A stretch of 33,830 nt of DNA from a virus: the UHGV virus genome UHGV-0322223. One strand, written 5' to 3'. Position numbers and translations under genes: made by a program. How positions within the stretch are numbered: position 1 is the first letter of the stretch; each line of letters begins with the position of its first letter. The notes under the pieces are model-generated. The model saw only the letters and a list, made by a program, of their open reading frames with translations. It had not been told where the DNA came from and made no database searches. This document shows, one piece after another, positions 1-9,154 of this stretch.

Positions 1-153
1 CATCCACCCGGTTATCCAGTCTGCTACATTAAGTAGCAAAAAGGCTGCAAATAAGATCCAGTGCTCTCCTAATATGTAGGACAACACCGCCACAATCGCT
101 CCTGCAATCGCATTGTATCCGTCAATAATTGCTTCTGCATAATTCATTTTCAT
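1..153 (-). CDS. Phage holin (TcdE / Phage_holin_4_1-like), 5' part only; gene runs off the left edge
   Basis: The reverse complement of 1-153 translates MKMNYAEAIIDGYNAIAGAIVAVLSYILGEHWILFAAFLLLNVADWITGW... with a transmembrane-like segment. An RBS (GTGAGGAAT) lies upstream of the ATG at 151-153. It sits immediately downstream of the tail genes, as a lysis module would. Confidence 0.55.
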   Translation of the reverse strand, partial: MKMNYAEAIIDGYNAIAGAIVAVLSYILGEHWILFAAFLLLNVADWITGWM

Positions 154-174
154 ATTCCTCACTTTCCTTTCTCG

Positions 175-945
175 TTATGCAACTTCTTTCCAGAGACTCT
201 CGGATCCAACTGCACCCGGTTCCCACACATTGCTGTCTACAAGAGACTCCCACGTTTTCCCTTTATGTGTTACCCTATCACCTTTTTTGTATGGGTTTGT
301 GCTGTTTGGCTGCTCCCACGGCAATACTTTTCCGTCTGGATCTGTGAGTACCTTAGCGTATAAGCTTGAGGCAGTGTCCGGTGTCCAGTCCGCTTGTGAT
401 GTGTGATTTTGCAACACTTTATACAAGATATTATTGTAACGTAAATATTTTCCTGTTTTATACGCCACACCTTCTCCACTCCACGCATCATATAAATCCG
501 ACACTTTAAGCGCTTGCTCATCATTCGTAATCTCTTCTGCGGACATTTTGGCCATTGTAAACACTGACATGTAAGTGTCAGGGAGATTTCCGCCGCCGTT
601 TTCAATCTCTTCTTTTACTTTTTTCAGTTCTTCCGCCTGCTGCCTTGTCGTTTCTTCCAGGCTTTCAAGTCGTTCGTCTGTGTCCGCTTCAGTTTGTCGC
701 ATTTCCACCTCAAACACTCCGCCAGTTTCTTCTTTGATGTACTTAAACTGCGTGTAATTTTCATACGCGGCTATCTGTTGCTGATTTTCAAAGTAAGTCA
801 TTCTTTGCGTTGCAAACGTGTCACCAAAAAGCGCCTTTAGTGATTCCGTCGTCACAAGGATCGTTCTGATGTGCAGCACGCCGTCTGATTCCGTGACGGA
901 CTGTACTTCGATCTGTCTGCTGTCGTTAAATACTATTTTTTTCAT
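175..945 (-). CDS. Tail-associated protein with N-terminal coiled coil and two C-terminal CBM5/12-like carbohydrate-binding repeats
   Basis: A 256-aa ORF. The C-terminus carries two motifs of the form AW..G..Y..G..VxYNG..Y...Q.HTSQ..W.P and W.QP....Y..GD.V...GK.W.S.....W.PG, which match the CBM5/12 (chitin-binding type 3) signature. It is positioned between the tail fibre genes and the holin. Confidence 0.5.
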   Translation of the reverse strand: MKKIVFNDSRQIEVQSVTESDGVLHIRTILVTTESLKALFGDTFATQRMTYFENQQQIAAYENYTQFKYIKEETGGVFEVEMRQTEADTDERLESLEETTRQQAEELKKVKEEIENGGGNLPDTYMSVFTMAKMSAEEITNDEQALKVSDLYDAWSGEGVAYKTGKYLRYNNILYKVLQNHTSQADWTPDTASSLYAKVLTDPDGKVLPWEQPNSTNPYKKGDRVTHKGKTWESLVDSNVWEPGAVGSESLWKEVA

Positions 946-960
946 GGTTTTTCTCCTTTT

Positions 961-1149
961 TTATTTTTTTGGGTATTTATATGGATATTTCCGTCCTTCC
1001 GCTTGCGCGATCCCGGCGTATCTGTGCGGGTACTTTCCCGGGTATCGTTTTGCATTACTGTACGTCTCTTCTATCGTGATTTCGATTTCAAGTTCTCCTC
1101 CGGCTGCTGCCGGATTCGGCTCGATTCTGACGTCTGTAACCTGTATCAA
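961..1149 (-). CDS. Small 62-aa protein with TTG start, carrying a KRYPGKYPHRYAG motif shared with Dit
   Basis: A strong SD (GGAAGGAGG) sits 9 nt upstream of TTG at 1147-1149. The N-terminus resembles the Ig-strand at the C-terminus of the 1167-2057 product. The C-terminal motif is near-identical to KRYPGRYPCRYANG in the 4531-5367 product. Confidence 0.35.
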   Translation of the reverse strand: MIQVTDVRIEPNPAAAGGELEIEITIEETYSNAKRYPGKYPHRYAGIAQAEGRKYPYKYPKK

Positions 1150-1166
1150 GTCCGGCAGCCTCCTTC

Positions 1167-2057
1167 CTATTCATCTGTTGCCTCGACAGTGATTGTGATT
1201 TCTTCACCTACTCCGACCGGGTTCGGCGCAATTTCGATGCTGATTACCACCGGAGCTTCCGGGTCGTACGTTACTTCTCTTGTAACTGTGGTTACTTTTC
1301 CGGCCAAGCTTGTTGCTGTGATTAAGATTACATTTTCGCCCGGTGACAATGATACCTGTTTACTAAATTGTCCTGTGCCGTCAAGCGTTACTGCGCCCTG
1401 ATCCGTGTTTCCCACTTTAATTGTCACCCTGCAGTCCGGGCTTGTTTTACCGGATACGGTGATCTGCTTTTCGTTTGTGATTAACGTTTCCGGTGGGCTT
1501 GTAATGTTTAATGTCGGAGCGATCGTGTCTACTGTAAATGATGCTGTCTTTTCGATCGCTGCGTTGTCGTCGTTATCTGATGCATTAACCTTGACTGTAT
1601 GTGCTCCATTTTGTATTGTCGCCGTGTAGCTGCATTTGTATCCGCTTTCGATCGGTACTTTTGTGATGCCCTCTTTGATTTCTGCACCGGAGTCAATTTT
1701 TGCAGAGATACTATTTTCGTTTACTCCTGATTCTGCATCTGTTACGGTAAATTCCACCTTCACACTGTTGCTCCCGAGGTATGCGCCTTGTGCCGGTGAT
1801 GTGATCGTAATAACCGGTGCTTCCGTTTCTTTTACTCGTAACATCATTTTGTCTCCGAATGTCGGATCGTCTTTGTTAATTGTCGTCACGTTCCCGGCTA
1901 CATCTGTGATTTTTAACTGAGTCTCATATTTATGATCTTTTTCGCTCCACGATGTTTTCCCGGGGGCGTTGATCTTTTTTCTATAGGTCCTCCCGCTGTC
2001 GAGCGGGATCTGGTGTACTTGCCCATTTAGGTAGTACTCTACTTTTTGTATAGCCAT
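1167..2057 (-). CDS. Phage tail protein with bacterial Ig-like (BIg) repeats (fibre or decoration)
   Basis: A 296-aa ORF rich in T/V/S beta-strand repeats (..VTVTD.., ..ITVEATDE) typical of Big-domain tail proteins. It lies in the distal tail module. Confidence 0.55.
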   Translation of the reverse strand: MAIQKVEYYLNGQVHQIPLDSGRTYRKKINAPGKTSWSEKDHKYETQLKITDVAGNVTTINKDDPTFGDKMMLRVKETEAPVITITSPAQGAYLGSNSVKVEFTVTDAESGVNENSISAKIDSGAEIKEGITKVPIESGYKCSYTATIQNGAHTVKVNASDNDDNAAIEKTASFTVDTIAPTLNITSPPETLITNEKQITVSGKTSPDCRVTIKVGNTDQGAVTLDGTGQFSKQVSLSPGENVILITATSLAGKVTTVTREVTYDPEAPVVISIEIAPNPVGVGEEITITVEATDE

Positions 2058-2083
2058 TTTATCACCCTTTCTTTTTTATTTAT

Positions 2084-2473
2084 TTGAATAATGCATATTT
2101 GTCGGAGGTATCATCCGATTTTACAAAAATAAAAAACTACATTGTCGAAGAAGGTAGCAACTCCAACGGTAAATATCGCAAGTGGAACGACGGAACGCTC
2201 GAAATGTGGTTCGATTCGCCGTTTACGTGCGCGATCGGAACAAAAGCCGGCAGCATTTACACAAGCGGACAATTTACATTAAACTTCCCGGTTGTATCAA
2301 AAACGAGATGTAATATCGTGCTTACAATAGGCGCGGGCGGTGCAATATGGGGTAAAATATACGGATCTGCAAATAGCTATAAATCAAGCTTTTCGTATCA
2401 TCTGCTTGCTGCTACGGTATGGAATACAGCAAGTTTTGATTTATCTTATTATGCACGAGGTACTTGGAAGTAA
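2084..2473 (+). CDS. Hypothetical protein on the opposite strand inside the tail-fibre module (TTG start, no clear RBS)
   Basis: A 129-aa non-low-complexity ORF fills a 420-bp gap that has no minus-strand ORF. The start is TTG with a poor SD, so expression is uncertain. Confidence 0.3.
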   Translation: MNNAYLSEVSSDFTKIKNYIVEEGSNSNGKYRKWNDGTLEMWFDSPFTCAIGTKAGSIYTSGQFTLNFPVVSKTRCNIVLTIGAGGAIWGKIYGSANSYKSSFSYHLLAATVWNTASFDLSYYARGTWK

Positions 2474-2479
2474 TAACTG

Positions 2480-3361
2480 TTATCCGACTTCCCACTCAGC
2501 ATCAATAAAAAGGTAATTATTTGTGGCTTTTGGGATACAGAAAAGCAGATTGCCGTTTGCTTTTGCTAAAGAGGTACAGGCAACTGAATTTTTATATGTT
2601 CCATCTGACGCAGTTACATTGACAGCAGTATCAATTAACGGTCGGTACTGTGACGGTATCGTAAAAGCATTGTTGTACACATTATTTGCAACAATTATAG
2701 CGGTTGTGTAGATTTCCATGTTTAGGTGTATCGTGTTACCGATCTTGTAAGAGTTGTTTACTATTGTTTTCCAAATCCCAGTGTTCAATCCGAGATCAGT
2801 CGGTGTGAGCATCTTTTTATCGTGATACAACTGTAACTCTGACAAATATGTATTTAACATAGGGATTGTCGGGATGCTTTCGAACATCTTTTCTACTTTT
2901 GTGATGCTTAATCCTTCAATTTTCACTCGATAGAGCGGCATTTCTCTGATTTTTCCCGATTGGTACAAATCGTTTTGTGTTAGCGCCGGATCGGTTGCCG
3001 CCCCGGTTGTGGATGCGCCCTGTTTGACCTCTAATGTATAGGTGTCGATGCCGCCTGTTCCCGTGGTGACGAATTTTGCTATGATGATGTCGTTTCGGTT
3101 TCTTCCGGATTGCCCGTTGACAATCTCACAGTCAATATAATCTCCGTACTGGATGCGGGCAAAATGTCCGCCTACTACGATAACTCCGTCTTTTACCCTG
3201 ACTTTATTGTTACTGATTACTTGACTTTCACATTGCTGGCCGATCATCATGACCCCGTCTGATCCGACAATGCTCTGATAAATCGCTGCGTCGTCTTCCG
3301 CGCAAATATGTGCCTCCGCCGCTGGGTCGGTATTGATTGTAATTCCTTTCAACTTTCCCAT
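2480..3361 (-). CDS. Tail fibre / receptor-binding-like protein
   Basis: A 293-aa ORF immediately downstream of the Tal-like gene. Its ATG abuts the upstream stop (TAAATG) and is preceded by an AAAGGAGAT SD. The Gly/Thr/Asn-rich beta composition is typical of receptor-binding proteins. Confidence 0.5.
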   Translation of the reverse strand: MGKLKGITINTDPAAEAHICAEDDAAIYQSIVGSDGVMMIGQQCESQVISNNKVRVKDGVIVVGGHFARIQYGDYIDCEIVNGQSGRNRNDIIIAKFVTTGTGGIDTYTLEVKQGASTTGAATDPALTQNDLYQSGKIREMPLYRVKIEGLSITKVEKMFESIPTIPMLNTYLSELQLYHDKKMLTPTDLGLNTGIWKTIVNNSYKIGNTIHLNMEIYTTAIIVANNVYNNAFTIPSQYRPLIDTAVNVTASDGTYKNSVACTSLAKANGNLLFCIPKATNNYLFIDAEWEVG

Positions 3362-4555
3362 TTAATCATCTCCTTTTACTTTATATTCTGTTGTTGTTTT
3401 TCCGTTTTTTATTTTTATGATTTTCCTGACGATCGGCTGTTGTAGTCTCGTCCCTGTAATTTCTTCATATCCGCCGACAATATCGCCGATTTCCAAGTCA
3501 ATCCCTTCTACGTTGACGTTGATGCTTTTATAGTTTTGCAGCTCTTTCAGTCGCTTTGTTCCATCCTCTTCCAGCTTTTCTTTGTCCGCGCTCGAAAACT
3601 CATAAACCGCTTCGTTTTCTTCGAGTCCTGTGTAATACGGAGTCTTTCCGACGCTTCCGTCTTTTTGTACGTATAAATGCAGGATGATCCGCTCTTCGTT
3701 TTGTCCTTTTCCGGCGCAGATCAAGTGATTGACACCGCCTCTGTAATCTTTTATGGTAAACTGTACCTCTCCGTCTTGTGGGTATTCCAGTGTTTCCGAG
3801 TAGTCTTTGACTTGTACAGCTCTGATGGAAACATACCCGTAATCAAGGTTTTCCGGCTCAATATAGCTGATCTGCAGGCGATATCCTTGAGTGCTTAACA
3901 TTTTATCGACTGCATCATATAACGTGACGTATCGGTCGATCTGCCAGCCTGTGACGGTGATCCCCGCCTTTTCTTCCGGTACAAAAAAAAGACCGTCGAA
4001 TCGGTCTTTGATAAGTTCTCTCAAGATGTCGTTCAAGTCTCCGCTCACCGTCAGGTGGTCCTCTCCCTCCGGCGGTTCTATGATTTTTTGCTTTAACAGT
4101 CCTCTCCACGTTGTGCCGCACCACACAATTTCTTGCGTTTTGGTCATCACTTCGAGGCTGTTTAGGATTCCGCCGTATTCTGTTCCCGGTACAAAAATGC
4201 GATTTCCGTACCAGTACCATTCTTTTGCCCACTCTTCCTGCGGTAAGCGGATTTCAAAGTCGTCCGTATCTCCAAGATCCATGTCGATCGCAACGCTCTG
4301 ATCTAAAAATCCCAGCTCTTCTCCGTTTTTTCGGGCAATGATAAATTCCAGTGGGAATAGGTCTGCGTTTCGCACGATCAAGTCTCGTGTCTCTTCTGTT
4401 ACTCCGCCATTATCCCCAGTCGCGGTAATCATTACCGGGTAAACCGCTTCTTTCGCTTTCGTTGTCGGCGCGTTTAGTTTTCCTTGGTAGCGATTTTCTC
4501 CGATTTCCGGTAAATTCTGCGTATTCCCGTTTAGCGCTGCTTCCACCCGCTCCAT
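3362..4555 (-). CDS. Tail tip protein Tal-like (gp27-like N-domain; prophage tail family)
   Basis: A 397-aa ORF directly after the Dit-like gene, following the canonical siphovirus order TMP-Dit-Tal. The call rests on synteny plus size. Confidence 0.5.
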   Translation of the reverse strand: MERVEAALNGNTQNLPEIGENRYQGKLNAPTTKAKEAVYPVMITATGDNGGVTEETRDLIVRNADLFPLEFIIARKNGEELGFLDQSVAIDMDLGDTDDFEIRLPQEEWAKEWYWYGNRIFVPGTEYGGILNSLEVMTKTQEIVWCGTTWRGLLKQKIIEPPEGEDHLTVSGDLNDILRELIKDRFDGLFFVPEEKAGITVTGWQIDRYVTLYDAVDKMLSTQGYRLQISYIEPENLDYGYVSIRAVQVKDYSETLEYPQDGEVQFTIKDYRGGVNHLICAGKGQNEERIILHLYVQKDGSVGKTPYYTGLEENEAVYEFSSADKEKLEEDGTKRLKELQNYKSINVNVEGIDLEIGDIVGGYEEITGTRLQQPIVRKIIKIKNGKTTTEYKVKGDD

Positions 4556-5367
4556 CTTGGTTCGCTCCTTTCCTCGTAGATCGTTAAGTCCCAGTCGAAT
4601 TTACCCGACCACACAACTTTTTGTCGTCCGGGCGGGATCTTCTTGAAAAATGTCTTTCCCTTTTCCCTGTTATGAAACGCGTTAACTTTTTCTCCGTTTT
4701 TTGACACTTTCGTAACGGTCCTCGTGCGGCTGTCTATCTCCAACCGCTCTCCTTGCTCTAAAACAATGTTGACCAAATAGCTTTTATCTCCGATGATGAC
4801 TTGAGGGTTTGCAACCGGTCCGTAAATTACAAGTGTAAAATTTACGTCTGTAAAATGAGGGTTTTGGATGTATGTGTTATTCATGCCATTTGCGTAGCGG
4901 CATGGGTAACGCCCGGGGTAGCGTTTATTGTCTGAAGACGATACACCGTAACTGTGAAATGTGTACGGGTTTTCTTTTGTCCATATCGGGCGCGGACAAT
5001 ACAATTTTATTTTATTCTGTGAATAATAGACTGCTATATCCGACGTTTCTGTCTCAGATGATGTTACAAACCCTTCTATGTAATAATCTCCAAAATAAAT
5101 TGTTCCCGGTCTTTTCAGCAAAACATCCGTTTCAAACGCGTCCTGTATTTCATCCAAGAAGGTTTTTCGGTCTTCAAGTGTTCCTCTAATCGTGAAAGTA
5201 ATTTCGTACTCCGCCGCGTCTTTCTCAAAACCTTGTACAGCTTCTCCTATTTTTCTTTTACTCGTTTCCGGCTTCCATGTATGTTTGTGGAAATTTCCGC
5301 TCGTTGCTCTCATTCTCGCATCGTAAAATTTGTATTCTTTCCCTTCCGAATTGATATATCGTATCAT
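4531..5367 (-). CDS. Distal tail protein (Dit)
   Basis: A 278-aa ORF immediately downstream of the tape measure gene. The position and length are typical of siphovirus Dit proteins. Confidence 0.55.
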   Translation of the reverse strand: MIRYINSEGKEYKFYDARMRATSGNFHKHTWKPETSKRKIGEAVQGFEKDAAEYEITFTIRGTLEDRKTFLDEIQDAFETDVLLKRPGTIYFGDYYIEGFVTSSETETSDIAVYYSQNKIKLYCPRPIWTKENPYTFHSYGVSSSDNKRYPGRYPCRYANGMNNTYIQNPHFTDVNFTLVIYGPVANPQVIIGDKSYLVNIVLEQGERLEIDSRTRTVTKVSKNGEKVNAFHNREKGKTFFKKIPPGRQKVVWSGKFDWDLTIYEERSEPRWSGWKQR

Positions 5368-5379
5368 TTTGTCTTACCT

Positions 5380-7422
5380 TTACGCTTCTGCTAAAGCTCT
5401 TCCTAATTCTCGTCTGTCTAAAAACATTGTAACTTCTTGTTTTTTCCCCGCTATGGCGATTAATATTTTCTCGATCGCGTCTAGTGTCTCCTCGATTTCA
5501 CGCCGCCCGTTTTCGTTCCCTGTTTTTTCGATTTTTGCCGTGTATGATAAATCTGTAACCAATGGATCATACGCAGCTTTTTTTATAAAGTCCGTGGAGT
5601 CTGTCACTAATTTTGCATCACCCGAAATTCCGTTTGCAATTCCTTGATCGATCATTCTTCCTACATATTCGCCCCACCGCGATGGCGAATGGATTCCGAA
5701 GAAGTCAAGAATCTTGTCTTTAAAGTCTCCTAAGGCGCTTTTTACTGCATCCCACAGTGCACCGGCTGCGTTTGCTAATCCATTCGCGATTCCTTTTATG
5801 ATGTTTAATCCGATTTCTCCCCAATCTACGGATGTAAACTCATTTTTTATGTTGGTTATAATCGTCGGAATTTGTGCGATCAAATTCGGGATCGCTCGTA
5901 TAAGTCCCGCGGCTAATTTCCCGATGATTTCGATTCCGCTTTGCAGCACTGACGGCAGATTCCTTCCTATCGCCGCTACATATTGCATGATTGCGCTTCC
6001 TGCTGCCGATGCAATCTGCGGCAAATTCGTTATGATCCCATTAACAAGTTTCAAAATGAGCTCTGCTCCCTTTTGCATTATCACAGGTAGCATCGGTGCC
6101 ATTCCGTTGACGAAGCTTACTATCGCTTCGCCCGCCATTGTAATTAATTCCGGGAGCGATTCCAGTATTCCGTTTGCGATTTTCGTCACCATCTCGCTGC
6201 CCTTGTCCAAAAATTCCGGTAATTTCTCCGATATTCCCGTCATGATCGTGTCTATTATATTTGTGTCTGTTCCTAATATTTCAACCGCCGCTGTCTCCAA
6301 TCCCGTTTTTAATCCCGTTATCAGATTTTGCGCAACGAGCAGCCAATCTGTCGTTAAAATTGCATTTGTAAAAGACGCTACCAAGTTCAGCGCCGCCTCC
6401 GCAAGGTACGGAAGTGCTGTTACAATTCCTGTTACAAGCGACGTCACGAACGAAACTCCTGATTCCAATATTTGATCGCTGTTCTCTGCGATCATGTTCA
6501 GCCCTGCCGCCGCAAAATCCTTTCCGAGCAAATCAGGAATTGACGCCAGTACATTTCCGATCATCGGTATTAAGTTACCCGTCAAAAATGTAGCGACCGT
6601 TTCTCCTACCTGTTTTAATTCGTCCGTGATATCCTCTCCGATAGCGATATTTCCAAGTAGATTGTTAAACGCCGCTTTCATGGATGCCAAAGACCCCGAC
6701 AGTGTTGTTTCCGCTTCTTTCGCCGTTGTTCCTGTAATTCCAAGCTCTCCTTGTATTACATGAATCGCCGAGTATACGTCTGATAAATTATTGATATCAT
6801 ACTTTACTCCTGTAATTTTTTCCGCATCCGCAAGCAGCCGCTCCATTTCCGTTTTTGTGCCGCCGTATCCTAGTTTTAGGTTGTCCAGCATTGTGTAGTT
6901 TTGCTTTGCAAAGCCTTGATATGCGTTTTTGATATCCTCCATGTTCGATCCCATTTTGTTCATGTTATCGGACATGTCTGTCATTGCCATATCTGCCACA
7001 TCTGCCGCTTTAGCTGTATCATTTCCTAAACTTTGTAACAGACTCGCGGAGAAGCTTGTTGTTAACTGCATGTATTCGTTTGCGCTCATCCCAGCCGTCT
7101 TGTAGGCGTTCGCAGCGTTTTGTTTTACTTTCTCTGCACTGTCTTTAAATAGTGTTTCAATTCCGCCTATGCTTTGCTCTAGTTCTGCACCTTCGCTGAT
7201 TGACGCAGAAATGGCTTTTCCGATCCCCGCCGCGATTACAGCGACTTTGATCGCTCCGCCGATTCTGCCTCCGAGCGATTTTCCTGCCGCATCCGTTTCT
7301 CCGCCTACTTCGTTTTGCAGCATTCCGCCTATCCCTTTTGCGGACGGTATAATTTGCACATACGCCTTCGCAAGTTCTGTCTTTTCCACTATTTCACCCC
7401 TTTTTCTGTCAGCCGTTTCCAT
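5380..7422 (-). CDS. Tail tape measure protein
   Basis: A 680-aa ORF, rich in Ala/Gly/Ile and helical, with a GIGKAISA-type N-terminal region typical of tape measure proteins. It lies between the chaperone pair and Dit. Confidence 0.85.
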   Translation of the reverse strand: METADRKRGEIVEKTELAKAYVQIIPSAKGIGGMLQNEVGGETDAAGKSLGGRIGGAIKVAVIAAGIGKAISASISEGAELEQSIGGIETLFKDSAEKVKQNAANAYKTAGMSANEYMQLTTSFSASLLQSLGNDTAKAADVADMAMTDMSDNMNKMGSNMEDIKNAYQGFAKQNYTMLDNLKLGYGGTKTEMERLLADAEKITGVKYDINNLSDVYSAIHVIQGELGITGTTAKEAETTLSGSLASMKAAFNNLLGNIAIGEDITDELKQVGETVATFLTGNLIPMIGNVLASIPDLLGKDFAAAGLNMIAENSDQILESGVSFVTSLVTGIVTALPYLAEAALNLVASFTNAILTTDWLLVAQNLITGLKTGLETAAVEILGTDTNIIDTIMTGISEKLPEFLDKGSEMVTKIANGILESLPELITMAGEAIVSFVNGMAPMLPVIMQKGAELILKLVNGIITNLPQIASAAGSAIMQYVAAIGRNLPSVLQSGIEIIGKLAAGLIRAIPNLIAQIPTIITNIKNEFTSVDWGEIGLNIIKGIANGLANAAGALWDAVKSALGDFKDKILDFFGIHSPSRWGEYVGRMIDQGIANGISGDAKLVTDSTDFIKKAAYDPLVTDLSYTAKIEKTGNENGRREIEETLDAIEKILIAIAGKKQEVTMFLDRRELGRALAEA

Positions 7423-7754
7423 TCTTTCTCAAACTCTTCCCCAGTTTCAAACGATATGATTTTTCGTTCTTCTTCGCCAAGTAGTCTCGGTAATATCGTT
7501 TTGGGTCTGTTTTTTCCTTTACGCGCATCTTCTGTTTGCATCCATGTCAGCAATTTTGTATGATCTGCGATAGATGCCAATAGCATATCTTCCAGCGTAA
7601 CTTTAACGCCTGCCAATTTCATTTTTATTCTCGCGTTTTCTTTTAAACCTTTTGCATATATCGCCGCCATTTTACACGGTATCTCTTTATAGTTATAAAT
7701 CCGATATGTTTCCGCAAAATCGCATATGAGTGCCTCCTCGTCTGTGTTTAGCAT
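7389..7754 (-). CDS. Tail assembly chaperone, T-portion (expressed as a G-T fusion by -1 frameshift)
   Basis: A 121-aa ORF in the -1 frame relative to the upstream G-like gene. It lacks its own convincing SD and overlaps the TMP start, which is the canonical gpG/gpGT arrangement. Confidence 0.55.
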   Translation of the reverse strand: MLNTDEEALICDFAETYRIYNYKEIPCKMAAIYAKGLKENARIKMKLAGVKVTLEDMLLASIADHTKLLTWMQTEDARKGKNRPKTILPRLLGEEERKIISFETGEEFEKEWKRLTEKGVK

Positions 7755-7765
7755 ACAAACGAGGA

Positions 7766-8032
7766 TTAAGAGTTTTTTCCCTGTTGGTTTCCTCTTAAAA
7801 TTTCCCCGATTTCGTCAACCATTCGTTTTATCGATACTCTTCCCGTTTCGTCTCTTACATGTTTTTTTAACTGCTCTTTTTGTTCTGAGCCTATGATCTT
7901 TTCTATTACGTCTACTATCAGACTTGTGTTCCCTTTGTCTATTTCTCGCAATTCTTCGAGCAGTTCGTAATCGTCTAATGCACCTTCTTGTATAGTGTAA
8001 TTAAACCCGCTTTTCGTTGTTCCTTTAATCAT
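7766..8032 (-). CDS. Tail assembly chaperone (gpG-like)
   Basis: An 88-aa acidic ORF between the major tail protein and the T-frame ORF. It ends in the slippery heptamer. Confidence 0.6.
   Translation of the reverse strand: MIKGTTKSGFNYTIQEGALDDYELLEELREIDKGNTSLIVDVIEKIIGSEQKEQLKKHVRDETGRVSIKRMVDEIGEILRGNQQGKNS
7772..7781 (-). other. Programmed -1 ribosomal frameshift slippery site GGGAAAAAAC (A_AAA_AAC)
   Basis: The mRNA reads ...CAG GGA AAA AAC TCT TAA at the end of gene 7766-8032. A -1 slip on A_AAA_AAC reads [13 protein letters not shown]... directly into ORF 7389-7754 with no intervening stop. Confidence 0.6.
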
Positions 8033-8598
8033 TTTTCATCACCTCTTATCCCGCTTTTTTTAATATATTCGTAGTGTGTGTTCCCTTCCTTGTCCGCGAC
8101 TGCTGCGATTGTTAATTCATATCCCGTCGCCTCGTTGTCTTTGTATACAATATCCCCTAACTCCGAGATGCTTGCCTGCGGAATTACAATTCTTTTCACT
8201 GCTCCTTTTAGTATCATGTCAAATACCCAAGATACTTGTTCCGTCTCACTGTTGTTTGCTTTAATTGTTATTCCGTCTTCTATCGTTCCCGTTACGTTGT
8301 TTTCCCCGTACACTGTTTTTAACACATCTACATTTAGCACTTCCAAGAGCTTTAATTTAAACGTATCTGCTTTGCTTGCCTGCATGTTCAGCACTGTATC
8401 TCCGCCCCATGCCTTTTGCTCTTCAGTTTCCGGGCTGTTTGTGTTTGTTATCCCATCGTCAGAGCAATATCCAAGTCCCTTAAAAGCCGCGTTAAGTTGT
8501 GTCGTTACATCTTCCGGCAGCTCTGTTCCAATCGGCGCTACGAAGACTGCTCCTCCTATTTTGGGTTTTCCTGCACTTACATTGTTCACATTTGTCAT
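8029..8598 (-). CDS. Major tail protein (phi13-family-like)
   Basis: A 189-aa ORF upstream of the chaperone pair. The sequence pattern is typical of Firmicutes siphovirus major tail proteins. Confidence 0.7.
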   Translation of the reverse strand: MTNVNNVSAGKPKIGGAVFVAPIGTELPEDVTTQLNAAFKGLGYCSDDGITNTNSPETEEQKAWGGDTVLNMQASKADTFKLKLLEVLNVDVLKTVYGENNVTGTIEDGITIKANNSETEQVSWVFDMILKGAVKRIVIPQASISELGDIVYKDNEATGYELTIAAVADKEGNTHYEYIKKSGIRGDEK

Positions 8599-8612
8599 TT
8601 TTCTTTCTCCTT

Positions 8613-8945
8613 TCAGTAGTACGCTATGTTAAATACCGCTTGATATCTGTATTTTTTTCTTTTTGTATCCGTGTAATTGTAGTCACTGTTTAGTTCGCAC
8701 CTGCAAACGCCATCTCTTTCCGTGATTCGCTTCATCGCTTCCTTCATTTCTTCGTTTAATTTTGCCGTGGAATAGAGCGTGTCAGAAAAAGACTGGACCG
8801 CCAGTGTTGCATGTTTAATATGATCCACTTCGCTTCCTCCAGTCTTTTCAAGCAAGATATATTTCTTTTCCTTGTTTTCTTCTTCCATTAACACCGGTAC
8901 GTCCAAAATCGTTTTTAGGTGTTCTCTTACAATTTCTTCGATCAT
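8613..8945 (-). CDS. Head-tail joining protein (tail completion / terminator-like)
   Basis: A 110-aa ORF immediately upstream of the major tail gene. The call is by synteny. Confidence 0.45.
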   Translation of the reverse strand: MIEEIVREHLKTILDVPVLMEEENKEKKYILLEKTGGSEVDHIKHATLAVQSFSDTLYSTAKLNEEMKEAMKRITERDGVCRCELNSDYNYTDTKRKKYRYQAVFNIAYY

Positions 8946-9154
8946 TTTCCCACCGCCTTTAATAGGCTGTTGTTTCCGTCGTCTCCTGTTACTTCCGCAA
9001 CCGCCCTTGTTTGTGCTACATATGTCTCGACTGTTCCGCCGGATGTTCCGGCAATTCGTTCCGCGTGTTTTTGTATGGTTGCGCGCATCTCTTCCGACCG
9101 CAATAATGCTGTGATTCCTTTTCTATTTAAGACAATTTTCGCTTTCTTACCCAT
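8942..9154 (-). CDS. HK97 gp10-like neck protein (short)
   Basis: A 70-aa ORF whose N-terminal pattern (KIVLNRKGITALLRSEEMRATIQKHAERIA) resembles the HK97 gp10 family. It overlaps its neighbours by 4-8 nt, which suggests translational coupling. Confidence 0.4.
   Translation of the reverse strand: MGKKAKIVLNRKGITALLRSEEMRATIQKHAERIAGTSGGTVETYVAQTRAVAEVTGDDGNNSLLKAVGK

Noticed and set aside
5714-7459. Plus-strand ORFs (5714-6475, 6494-6763, 7169-7459 and others) antisense to the tape measure gene
   Set aside because: They have low-complexity A/S/I-rich translations and are entirely nested antisense within a confident 680-aa TMP gene. They are typical shadow ORFs.
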